Shown: positions 29,072 through 37,860 of the stretch, piece by piece
Layout: the number at the start of each line of letters is the position of its first letter
How positions within the stretch are numbered: position 1 is the stretch's first letter
Assembly (NCBI GenBank): GCA_965660445.1
Contig: CBFIAK010000002.1
Span: 8,235 to 72,234 of the forward strand
Direction: 5' to 3'
Origin: Patescibacteria group bacterium
Lineage (GTDB): Bacteria; Patescibacteriota; Gracilibacteria; UBA4473
DNA length: 64,000 bases
Made by a program: the position numbers and the translations under genes
The notes under the pieces: generated by a model
The model's input: the letters and a program-made list of their open reading frames with translations, nothing else
Database searches by the model: none
What the model was told of the DNA's origin: nothing

Positions 29072-30877
29072 TTATTTTTTCATCATTGAAAAGAATGCGT
29101 CTTGGGGAATGGTTACTTTTCCAAACTGCTTCAGTCTTTTTTTCCCTGCTTTTTGTTTTTTCAGGAGTTTGTTCTTTCGGGTAACATCTCCTCCATAGAG
29201 TTTTGCGGTTACGTCTTTTCGAAGAGCTGATATCGTTTCTCGTGCGAGTACTTTTCCTCCAATGGCAGCTTGAATAGCGATAGCAAACTGAGCTTTTGGG
29301 ATGATGTCTTTGAGTTTTTCACACCATCGAGCACCGATATAATACGCATCATCACGGTGAACAATTTGGCTTAGTGCATCAACCCTGTCTCCCGCAACGA
29401 GTATATCGAGTCGAGAGAGTTTTCCTTCACGCATACCGATGGGTTCGTATGACATTGAGGCATATCCAGAGGTCATTGATTTAAGGTCGTCGTAAAAATC
29501 GGTGATGATAGAGGCGAGTGGTATTTCAAAAAACATCTCTACTCTGTCTTCGCTGGTATACTGAATATTTTTAGAAATTCCATGTCGACTTGTACATAAA
29601 TCCATTACAGCACCTATATATTGAGACGGAACAAGGATACTGATATTCATCCATGGTTCTTGTATAGATTCGTATGTGCCTGCATCAGGGAGTTCTCCAG
29701 GATTGGCGATAGGGACAACCGATCCGTCTTTTTGGATTATGTTATACGATACTGATGGAGCTGTTACTAAAATATCTAAATCAAATTCACGTTCGAGTCT
29801 TTCTTGAACAATATCGAGATGAAGAAGTCCGAGAAATCCAACTCGAAACCCATTTCCTAAAGAAGCTGATTGTTCTGGCTCAAATTGGAGTGAAGCATCA
29901 TTGAGGGAAAGTTTCTCAAGCGCTTTTCGCAGGAGTGCAAAATCATCCCCCTCAATAGGGTATACTCCTGCGTATACAAAAGGCGTTACTTCTTTATATC
30001 CAGGGAGTGATAATGGTTTCTCTATTTTTCCTTGATAAAGCGTTTCTCCTACTTTTGCATCAATAACATTTTTAAGTCCAGTAACGACGTATCCTACTTC
30101 ACCGGTGTTCAATTTTTCGGTGGGTGAATATCGAGGATTTAAAAACCCTACTTCGATTGCTTCTATTTTTCGTCCGGTTCTCAGGAGAGTGAGTTTGTCA
30201 CCTTTGTTGATTGATCCGGAAAAAACTCGAACACTTGAAACCACTCCACGATACGTATCAAACGTTGAATCAAAAATAAGAGCTTTTGTTTCAGTTATAT
30301 CAGAAAAAACTGGTTGATGGTTTTTAAAAATAGGGTTTTGAGGAGGACTTGGAATATGAGTTACAATAGCATCGAGGAGTTCTGGAACTCCGGTTCCTTC
30401 TTTTCCGCTGACTTGTAAAATATCTTCGGCTTTAAATCCCAAAAGGGACTCAATTTCTTGAGCTCGTCGTTCAGGTTCTGCAGCAGGAAGATCAATTTTA
30501 TTGAGGACGGGTATAATTTCGAGTCCTTGATCAAGCGCAAGATAGACATTGGCGAGAGTTTGGGCTTCAATTCCTTGTGTAGCATCAACCACAAGCACAG
30601 CTCCTTCGCAGGCTGCCAAACTTCGAGATACTTCATAAGAAAAATCAACATGCCCAGGGGTATCGATAAGGTTTAGTTGTGTGCCTTTCCAATACATTCG
30701 AACTGGCTGGAGTTTAATAGTGATACCTCGCTCTTGTTCGAGTTCCATTGTGTCCAGTAGTTGGGCTTTCATATCTCGTTTCTGAATAGTTCCTGTTATT
30801 TCTAAAAGTCGATCAGCGAGTGTCGATTTCCCGTGGTCGATGTGGGCAATAATACAGAAATTACGAATAGATGTCAT
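29072..30877 (-). CDS. lepA: Translation elongation factor 4 (LepA)
   Basis: IRNFCIIAHIDHGKSTLADRLL, DTPGHVDF, NKIDL, and the LepA-specific C-terminal region. Confidence 0.96.
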   Translation of the reverse strand: MTSIRNFCIIAHIDHGKSTLADRLLEITGTIQKRDMKAQLLDTMELEQERGITIKLQPVRMYWKGTQLNLIDTPGHVDFSYEVSRSLAACEGAVLVVDATQGIEAQTLANVYLALDQGLEIIPVLNKIDLPAAEPERRAQEIESLLGFKAEDILQVSGKEGTGVPELLDAIVTHIPSPPQNPIFKNHQPVFSDITETKALIFDSTFDTYRGVVSSVRVFSGSINKGDKLTLLRTGRKIEAIEVGFLNPRYSPTEKLNTGEVGYVVTGLKNVIDAKVGETLYQGKIEKPLSLPGYKEVTPFVYAGVYPIEGDDFALLRKALEKLSLNDASLQFEPEQSASLGNGFRVGFLGLLHLDIVQERLEREFDLDILVTAPSVSYNIIQKDGSVVPIANPGELPDAGTYESIQEPWMNISILVPSQYIGAVMDLCTSRHGISKNIQYTSEDRVEMFFEIPLASIITDFYDDLKSMTSGYASMSYEPIGMREGKLSRLDILVAGDRVDALSQIVHRDDAYYIGARWCEKLKDIIPKAQFAIAIQAAIGGKVLARETISALRKDVTAKLYGGDVTRKNKLLKKQKAGKKRLKQFGKVTIPQDAFFSMMKK

Positions 30878-31101
30878 AGAGAGAATAAGTGTGAGGGAAT
30901 CATGTCTTGTCGCCCCGAAGCTTTATGCGTAGGGTGCTGGTCGATGTGAGTAATAATACAAAAATTTCTCATATCTATAATTGGTTTCGATTGTACGGTG
31001 AAATAGAAGTTTTACAAATTTTTTCATGTTTTTCTTGTGACTCGGTTTTTTCCTATTATACTAAAGAATGCACATACACATATATATTTGAGTTTTTGTT
31101 T

Positions 31102-31626
31102 ATGAAACAGGGATTTACGCTTCTAGAACTGGTAGTGACGATATCTATTTTAGGTATTTTATTTTCTATTACTGTTCCAACCTTGTATGAAACTATTTTA
31201 AAATCTCGATTTTCATTGGAAGTAGATAGAATTATACAGGCCTTATCAGATACTCGAAACGATGTACTGGCTCGTCGAGATTGTTCAGATGATGAAGGTA
31301 TTCAATTTCGAGTGAATAATGATCTTGTTTCTTTTGGATGTGAACAAACATTAGTATTGCAAGAAAGTCGCATTGTGTTTGAAGACTCTTTTGCACAGAA
31401 TGGAAGTATTGGTTTTTCAGTTGATCCTTTTGCAATGGAATTGATTACTTCTTCCGGAAATGTATCTCAAACATATTTTACTATCGAAAGCCAAAATATT
31501 TCTTCCACCGAGATATATACAGTGTGTTTAGACAGTGTACTTGCTTATCCGAAAATGTATAAGAATCATTGTGACTGTTTTGATACCATACCCTATGAAA
31601 CTATTCCTGACTGTGAAATTTTATGA
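31102..31626 (+). CDS. Type IV pilin-like protein (pseudopilin 1)
   Basis: MKQG|FTLLELVVTISILGIL is a class III signal peptide with G-1, F+1 and E+5. The start was trimmed to the ATG at 31102; the ORF-track start of 30907 adds an implausible 65-aa extension. Confidence 0.8.
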   Translation: MKQGFTLLELVVTISILGILFSITVPTLYETILKSRFSLEVDRIIQALSDTRNDVLARRDCSDDEGIQFRVNNDLVSFGCEQTLVLQESRIVFEDSFAQNGSIGFSVDPFAMELITSSGNVSQTYFTIESQNISSTEIYTVCLDSVLAYPKMYKNHCDCFDTIPYETIPDCEIL

Positions 31627-32228
31627 AAAAAGAACAAAAAAAGTATTCAATAAAAAAAACAGGTGAGACTCTTATTGAAGTTCTTATTGCTATTGTTATT
31701 CTTGTCATTTTCTTGAGTAGTATTTTGGTTATTTTAAATCGTGCGATTATGATTAATAGTAATATTGAAAATCGTATTACAGCCCTCAGTCTTGCTAGAG
31801 AAGGTATTGAAGGTGTTCGACATATTCGAGACACCAATTGGCTTCGATTTTCTGGAAATAAAAGAGAAAATTGGTTGTGTATCGATACTGATTGTAATGA
31901 GAAAATAAATGATGGATTTTATCGTCTTGATTTTGATCCTCCTCTCTATGTCCTATCAGAACAAGGAGCATTAACACCTCTTGATGAATCGTATCGTTTG
32001 TACAGTCATGAAGACACTCCTTTTCTTAACCATGACACGGTGAATGGCTCGCCAACTCTTTTTTATCGACAAATTCAGACACGTCAAGAGGAAGTATCTT
32101 GTCCGCTCGTTGATTGTCCGAATAAATTAATTGTTCAATCTCGTGTTTCTTGGCAAGAAGCAAATGGGGATAAAGAAATAGTATTAGAAACTCACTTATT
32201 TGATTATTTTGAACGAGATGCGTATTAA
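31623..32228 (+). CDS. Type IV pilin-like protein (pseudopilin 2)
   Basis: MKKEQKKYSIKKTG|ETLIEVLIAIVILVIF is a prepilin-type N-terminus with E+5. An ATGA start/stop overlap joins it to the upstream pseudopilin. Confidence 0.75.
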   Translation: MKKEQKKYSIKKTGETLIEVLIAIVILVIFLSSILVILNRAIMINSNIENRITALSLAREGIEGVRHIRDTNWLRFSGNKRENWLCIDTDCNEKINDGFYRLDFDPPLYVLSEQGALTPLDESYRLYSHEDTPFLNHDTVNGSPTLFYRQIQTRQEEVSCPLVDCPNKLIVQSRVSWQEANGDKEIVLETHLFDYFERDAY

Positions 32229-33048
32229 ACAAAAGAAAAAAGCTTTTTCCCTTTTAGAACTCGTCATTGCTATGACGCTTTTTGCCGTTGTCTTTTTGAG
32301 TATTTTTTCTCTTGTGGGGCAAATGCAATTAACTCAGAAAAAACTTGATATTGCACATAATTTTTATGATGAATCTCGTTTGCTTATGGATAGAATGGTT
32401 GAGTTTGGTCGTTATTATGTGCTTGATTACGATCGGTATTTTTGTGAAGAAGATAATGTTGCTGAAGATTGTGATTCTCGGTATGAAGATGTATTTTATG
32501 ATGATATTGGTGGACGATTAAGGAATTTGGGAGGTATGGATAGAGAGTTTGAGCAATCAGATGTAGAGACAAATGCATTTGATGTTTCACAACAAGACGT
32601 ATTATTTTTACGGCATCCAGAGCGAAATGTTCGTATTGCTCTTCGAGTCGAAAGTGAACAAGTACAAGTACAATCTCAAGTTGGTGTTGATACAAATGAT
32701 GATGGACGTCTTGATGTATGGAGTGCTGAACCTCTTGTTTTACCCAATAAACAGTGCCGTATAGAAGGAATTGAATTCTCTGAAGATTTGTGTCGAGAAG
32801 CTTATGATTGGAAAACAATATCTCCATCACATGTTCGAGTTTTATCTTCTGTGTTTGAATTGTATCCTCAAAAAGACCCATATCTTGCGTTTGCTGATGA
32901 TGCAGTGCAATTGCAACCTGTTATTCGTATGGCGTTTAAATTTCAGTTTGATGAAGAAAATACTGGTTATGGGTTTTCACAGCAGGAAGTGCCAGAGATA
33001 CATTTACAAACCGCTGTCGTTTCGCGTATCCATGGAAATACTCGTTAA
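32218..33048 (+). CDS. Type IV pilin-like protein (pseudopilin 3, PilW/X-sized)
   Basis: MRIKQKKKA|FSLLELVIAMTLFAVVFL is a prepilin-type N-terminus. It overlaps the stop of the preceding gene. The start was trimmed to the ATG at 32218. Confidence 0.75.
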   Translation: MRIKQKKKAFSLLELVIAMTLFAVVFLSIFSLVGQMQLTQKKLDIAHNFYDESRLLMDRMVEFGRYYVLDYDRYFCEEDNVAEDCDSRYEDVFYDDIGGRLRNLGGMDREFEQSDVETNAFDVSQQDVLFLRHPERNVRIALRVESEQVQVQSQVGVDTNDDGRLDVWSAEPLVLPNKQCRIEGIEFSEDLCREAYDWKTISPSHVRVLSSVFELYPQKDPYLAFADDAVQLQPVIRMAFKFQFDEENTGYGFSQQEVPEIHLQTAVVSRIHGNTR

Positions 33049-34796
33049 AACTCAGGTTTTTGCATATGCCATAAAAAAATGAGCCCCGTGTTTTTTCGGA
33101 GTCTGTTTTTTTCTTCTTGAGTCAGGGCATCTCTTTTGAAGAGTTTTGGTTTTGGGGGGGTGGGAATAATAATTTGAGAAGGCGGCATAGTTTTGAGTAT
33201 CTGTATTTTTTCAGGAGAAAGTGCGTTTAAGAAATCTTCAAAAAAAGGCTTCTCGTATACATCATCAATATTTTTCTTCGTCATTTGTGATTGTGTCCAT
33301 TTCTGAATTGATTGTTCAAATATATGCGGAGCACCTCCTCCTCTCGTTGTTTTTTGTATAATTTGGGTTGTTACTTCTATTGGGATTTCAAGGGTGTCTT
33401 TTTCCCCAGAATGGTCCCAAAGAGTAAGTTTTATTGTATAGAGACCTTCTGCATCAAAATAGATAGTTTTTGGGTTTGAACGTTTTGATTCAATTTCACA
33501 ATAGTCACTCCATCGCCAAGTATCAGTGATATCGTTTGGACATGATTTTCCATTGATCTCCCATTGATAGGTATGCAGATCATGATCTCCATCGGGATCA
33601 AAAGAATTTTCAGCAGTGAGGTTGAGTGATTTTGTGTATATCTTTCGACCGCCTTGAAGTGTTATCTGAGCTTTTGGTGGTGTGTTTTGAGACTTGTTTT
33701 TTGTCCCTTTTGATCCATTAAAATGTCGAAAAAAATTAGATGCTTGGTTTGGTGGTGAGTTTTTTTCTTTTCGTGCGATTGATTCATTGGGAATCATGTC
33801 TTGAATATCAATACATTCTCCATTCCATAGGAATGCTTCTCGGTATTGGATAACTCGTTTTGTTTCTGATTGACTGAGTGTTTGTTTTTTCCAGCAGACG
33901 GTGTCAATTCGTTCTTCGGCACTTGTTCCATACATATGAATAATTTCAACGGTTCCTGAACCAGAAGATAGACTTTCTTTTTTCGATGTTTGAGCTGTGT
34001 AGAAAGTATTTTGTTTTTGAATATCTGTTGTGTGACTCCCTGTTTCGAGTACAAAAATATCGTTTGTAGATACAAATAATGGAGTTTCTTGCACGAATAA
34101 AAGAGTTCCGTTGTGTTTTATGGCGAGCCCTTGAATGTTTATCGGTTCACTGAAAGGGAGAGTAAACTGTATTTCGATAAAGTCTGTATTCGTGTTTTTC
34201 GGCGATATTTCTTGAATGAGAATGTCTCCTTTTTGAAGTTTTACTGTTGAGGGAGGGTTTTCTTCTCCTTTTGAATGATTCCAGACAGTGTTATTTGGTT
34301 CGTATCGAATGGGGATAAGTGGCAATAGGGGGTTATCTGTTCGATTCCATATTTCCGTATAGGGGTTTCCCTGAATTGTACCGGATTTTGTTTTTGGATA
34401 CGTAACGGTATCTTTTCTATTTGTTTGTTCTTGAATAGAAATCGTTGCTCCATTATCTGGCAATGAAAGAGGCGATTTATCCCACCACAATAGACCGTTT
34501 ATGGAACTGGTCAGGAGTGTTTGGTTTCCGCTTTCGTCTTCATGAACCGTTATATTTTTTGTTTGCATTGTTTCTTTTATTTCATCAAATGGTTTTTCCT
34601 GATTCCCATTACTGATGAAGAGAGATGAAATATTACAGGCGCTTTCCTTTTCTACGACTATTTCAATCCACTCATCTTCTTCGGCAATACGAGTCGGGCT
34701 TATTTCAGAAATAAAAAGATTACATTCGTTTTCATCATTTGCCAAAGATTGCATTGGAAAGCAAAAGGAAATGAGAAAAAAAATAATTCGTTTCAT
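33045..34796 (-). CDS. Secreted protein with two lamin-tail-like (LTD) segments and a PKD-like domain
   Basis: Signal peptide. LFISEISPTR...DEWIEIV and ILIQEISPKNTNTDFIEIQF are LTD-type motifs. NLTAENSFDPDGDHDLHTYQWEING...YTIKLTLWDHSGEKDTLEIPIEV is PKD-type. Confidence 0.65.
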   Translation of the reverse strand: MKRIIFFLISFCFPMQSLANDENECNLFISEISPTRIAEEDEWIEIVVEKESACNISSLFISNGNQEKPFDEIKETMQTKNITVHEDESGNQTLLTSSINGLLWWDKSPLSLPDNGATISIQEQTNRKDTVTYPKTKSGTIQGNPYTEIWNRTDNPLLPLIPIRYEPNNTVWNHSKGEENPPSTVKLQKGDILIQEISPKNTNTDFIEIQFTLPFSEPINIQGLAIKHNGTLLFVQETPLFVSTNDIFVLETGSHTTDIQKQNTFYTAQTSKKESLSSGSGTVEIIHMYGTSAEERIDTVCWKKQTLSQSETKRVIQYREAFLWNGECIDIQDMIPNESIARKEKNSPPNQASNFFRHFNGSKGTKNKSQNTPPKAQITLQGGRKIYTKSLNLTAENSFDPDGDHDLHTYQWEINGKSCPNDITDTWRWSDYCEIESKRSNPKTIYFDAEGLYTIKLTLWDHSGEKDTLEIPIEVTTQIIQKTTRGGGAPHIFEQSIQKWTQSQMTKKNIDDVYEKPFFEDFLNALSPEKIQILKTMPPSQIIIPTPPKPKLFKRDALTQEEKNRLRKNTGLIFLWHMQKPEF

Positions 34797-34860
34797 TTTC
34801 TTTTAATGTACTCTTCTTTTTTCGTATTTGCATTTTTTTTTTGTTTTCGAGACAATAAGA

Positions 34861-37098
34861 ATGTTCATGAATCGTTTCATCTTTCTATTCCTCTTTTCGT
34901 TTTTTTCTCTTATTGCGCTTGAGTCACATGCCGACTTTGTTCGTGATTCAGGAATAGATCTTGATGCGTCTCAATTAGTGATTGATTTTACAGCTCCCGT
35001 GCTATTACCACATTTAGAAGGAGAATATCCAGCGTTTGAGTGTTTTGGGTTTTTTGAGTCTCCAGTGACCGTTTCTTTTCAGAGCATAGGCATGACCGAT
35101 CCGGATAATTTAACAGCGGTGTTACAAAACACAGCCAATGGAGGATGTTTTCGTCAAGCAGGAACATACGAACTTGATGTTTTTGTACAAGACAAAGCCG
35201 GAAACACAGCCTTTTCTTCTGTATTTCCAGTTGTGATTGAAGTACTTCCATCAGACCCACATCCATCACAAATCACCCATCATGTTACTTATGATGACAA
35301 CAATAAAGCCACTCCATCATTAGCCAATGATAGCGATAAAACAATTTATACTCTTATTTTGAAAGATTTTGCAGGAAACCCCGTGACTCAAATTGATGGA
35401 GATGATATTCAATTGCCGGCTGGATATGTGGTTGATACCAACGGTCAAACAGATGCAAATACAGGATTATCTTTTCTTGATGGATTTGCAAACCAAGAAG
35501 TGAATACAGATGCGGCATGGATTCAGTTATCGTTTAAAGCAAAAGCCCCAACTGTTGCCAAAGTAGGGGACCATTTGGCTCGGTTTACTGATGATTGGTC
35601 ATTGAGAATGTCGGATATACAAGTCGCTGATATCAATAGTGCGGGTGGGGTTGTGGGAGGCGTTTGGAACCCGGTTTCGGTAACCACTCCTGTGAGAGTT
35701 GCATTTCAACCACTTTTCACCCTTATTCCTAAAGCACTGGAAGACTCTGTAATGGGGGAAACACAAGATGCTATCTATATTCTTGACTCTGATTATGTTC
35801 ACCCTGAAGATCCTGATCCACCTACAGGAAGTAATAATGCCTCTCGTTTTTTCTTAGAATTGCAGTCCAAGGATTCCGGAATTTCTCTTAATTCATTTGC
35901 GGTTCGGAATGAGGATTCTTGGCTTAGTTATTATAATAATCTAGCAAGTAATAGTTTTTCTCCTTCTGTAGAACTTGATACGACCTTTTATGATTGGGGA
36001 TTGGCTGATCCTGAAGATGATGATTCATGGTCATATTATATTCAAAAAACGGCAGGGTTTGTGCGTGATATGAGTACAGAAAAATATCCGTTATCACTCG
36101 TTGTTGAAGGAAACTACAGTGTCGGAGGATCGCCTATTTCTTATCCAATGGGAGGAAGTGGGTTTCATGAAACCGATGTGCTGAACCCAGCAAATAATAA
36201 TCCGAATGATTTTATTGATTTAACAACTCGGAATGGAGGTGTTTCAGGAGCAGGAACACTTGGTTATAATTCGATTTCTGGTGGGTCTGTGCCACCATTA
36301 GGAGCTGATGTGGTGGGGGCAGTAAGAGGCGTGATTGATAGCCGAATGACATCATCGTCTTCAGTACTCGTATCTGGAACAGTTGGAGAAGATGCTCGTT
36401 CGATCTTGTATGATAATGCTCTTTCGCTTATTCGTGGTATAGAAGAATCATGTCTCAACCCCATAGAACAAGATAGAGCATTGCAAATATCAGTATTTGA
36501 CACTTGTGATGTGGTGGTCGTTAATGATGGAGGCGATGTGCGATTCGCTTCTGGATGGAATCAAGGTATTATGCTTCTTCCTGCAGGGCAAAAAACATTG
36601 ATTGTACAAAATGCAAATGTGATTATAGAAGGGAATATGATGTATGGGAATCCGAATGATGCGTTTGGTATTATGGCTATTAATACTCCGCTTCGTCCAT
36701 TTCCAGAAACAGGAAACATATTTGTGCGATCAGATATACAACAAATAGTTGGTCATTTATTTTTAGAAGGAGCATTTGTGAGTAATGATGGAGATAGTAT
36801 TTGGGATGCGAATACTGGAACTGACCAGAATCAATTGGTATTTCAGGGTACGTTCTTAACGCATAATACATTGGGAGGGAGTCGTATTACGCCTGTGAGA
36901 ACTCCATGGGAAAGAACAAATGATACATTGCAATTGGTTCCTGTAGAGATAGAGGATCAGCGATTATCTCAGATTTATGATTTGCACTGGGTAAGAACAG
37001 GGAATTCTATGCCGGTTCATCTTTCAAATCAAAACGCATTTGTACTTGAAGTCAAACCACCACTTATTTCTCCTCCTGGATTTGTGCATCAAGAATAG
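34861..37098 (+). CDS. Large secreted hypothetical protein
   Basis: About 745 aa. Signal peptide MFMNRFIFLFLFSFFSLIALESHA. No recognisable catalytic motif. The start was trimmed to the ATG at 34861. Confidence 0.6.
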   Translation: MFMNRFIFLFLFSFFSLIALESHADFVRDSGIDLDASQLVIDFTAPVLLPHLEGEYPAFECFGFFESPVTVSFQSIGMTDPDNLTAVLQNTANGGCFRQAGTYELDVFVQDKAGNTAFSSVFPVVIEVLPSDPHPSQITHHVTYDDNNKATPSLANDSDKTIYTLILKDFAGNPVTQIDGDDIQLPAGYVVDTNGQTDANTGLSFLDGFANQEVNTDAAWIQLSFKAKAPTVAKVGDHLARFTDDWSLRMSDIQVADINSAGGVVGGVWNPVSVTTPVRVAFQPLFTLIPKALEDSVMGETQDAIYILDSDYVHPEDPDPPTGSNNASRFFLELQSKDSGISLNSFAVRNEDSWLSYYNNLASNSFSPSVELDTTFYDWGLADPEDDDSWSYYIQKTAGFVRDMSTEKYPLSLVVEGNYSVGGSPISYPMGGSGFHETDVLNPANNNPNDFIDLTTRNGGVSGAGTLGYNSISGGSVPPLGADVVGAVRGVIDSRMTSSSSVLVSGTVGEDARSILYDNALSLIRGIEESCLNPIEQDRALQISVFDTCDVVVVNDGGDVRFASGWNQGIMLLPAGQKTLIVQNANVIIEGNMMYGNPNDAFGIMAINTPLRPFPETGNIFVRSDIQQIVGHLFLEGAFVSNDGDSIWDANTGTDQNQLVFQGTFLTHNTLGGSRITPVRTPWERTNDTLQLVPVEIEDQRLSQIYDLHWVRTGNSMPVHLSNQNAFVLEVKPPLISPPGFVHQE

Positions 37099-37158
37099 CA
37101 TTTTTAGATTGAGGAGTTTGTTTTGCAAAACAAGAAAAGAGAGTATTATACGTGTACT

Positions 37159-37860
37159 ATGTTGCGATTTGAATCAGTTTCGCTTTCATTTGATGAACAT
37201 CCCGTTTTGTCTGATGTTTCTTTTGTTATTCAACCCGGAGAAAAAGTAGGTATTATTGGTGCGTCTGGAGCAGGGAAGTCTTCCTTATTTAAGCTCCTTA
37301 TTGGAGAACTGCGGCCAACAACAGGATCAATTTATGTTGATGATATATCCTTGGGAGATTTATCTCTTTCTGGTATTCAAGAATATCGTCGTCATATCGG
37401 GGTGGTATTTCAGGATTTTCGTTTGTTACCTCAAAAGACAGTTTTTGAAAACTTATCGTTTGCGCTTGAGGTATGTGGTAAAGAAGATGATATACTTGAA
37501 AAAGCAGAAACACTTCTTTCGACCGTTGGTCTTTTAGATGCCTACAATCAGTTTCCCAACTCTCTTTCGGGAGGAGAACGCCAGAGACTTGCTATCGCTC
37601 GCGCGTTAATTCATGATCCACGAATTCTTATTGCCGATGAACCAACAGGAAATCTTGATCCTCAAAATGCAAAAGATATTGCGTATTTGTTCCGAAACCT
37701 TCATGAAGAAAAAGGATTAACCTGTATTTGTGCAACACATGATCCTCAATTTATTGATATATTAAGACCCCGTATTATACGAGTTGCAAACGGTACCATT
37801 CTTGCTGATGAACCGTATAACACAACTATTGAGGCCTTTGGCGACCTATTGCGTTTGTGA
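37159..37860 (+). CDS. ftsE: FtsE-like ABC transporter ATP-binding protein
   Basis: GASGAGKSSL (Walker A), LSGGERQRLAIARAL (ABC signature), ILIADEPTGNLD (Walker B). About 230 aa, typical for FtsE. The start was trimmed to the ATG at 37159. Confidence 0.8.
   Translation: MLRFESVSLSFDEHPVLSDVSFVIQPGEKVGIIGASGAGKSSLFKLLIGELRPTTGSIYVDDISLGDLSLSGIQEYRRHIGVVFQDFRLLPQKTVFENLSFALEVCGKEDDILEKAETLLSTVGLLDAYNQFPNSLSGGERQRLAIARALIHDPRILIADEPTGNLDPQNAKDIAYLFRNLHEEKGLTCICATHDPQFIDILRPRIIRVANGTILADEPYNTTIEAFGDLLRL

Noticed and set aside
32384-32881. 165-aa minus-strand ORF, the longest of many antisense ORFs in the track.
   Set aside because: It lies entirely within pseudopilin 3 on the opposite strand, and its H/Q/L-rich composition is typical of antisense translation of an AT-rich gene. 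The same reasoning applies to the other 60-130-aa ORFs nested antisense in larger genes, such as 39579..39938, 39680..40039, 47432..47800, 49269..49643 and 51539..51937.
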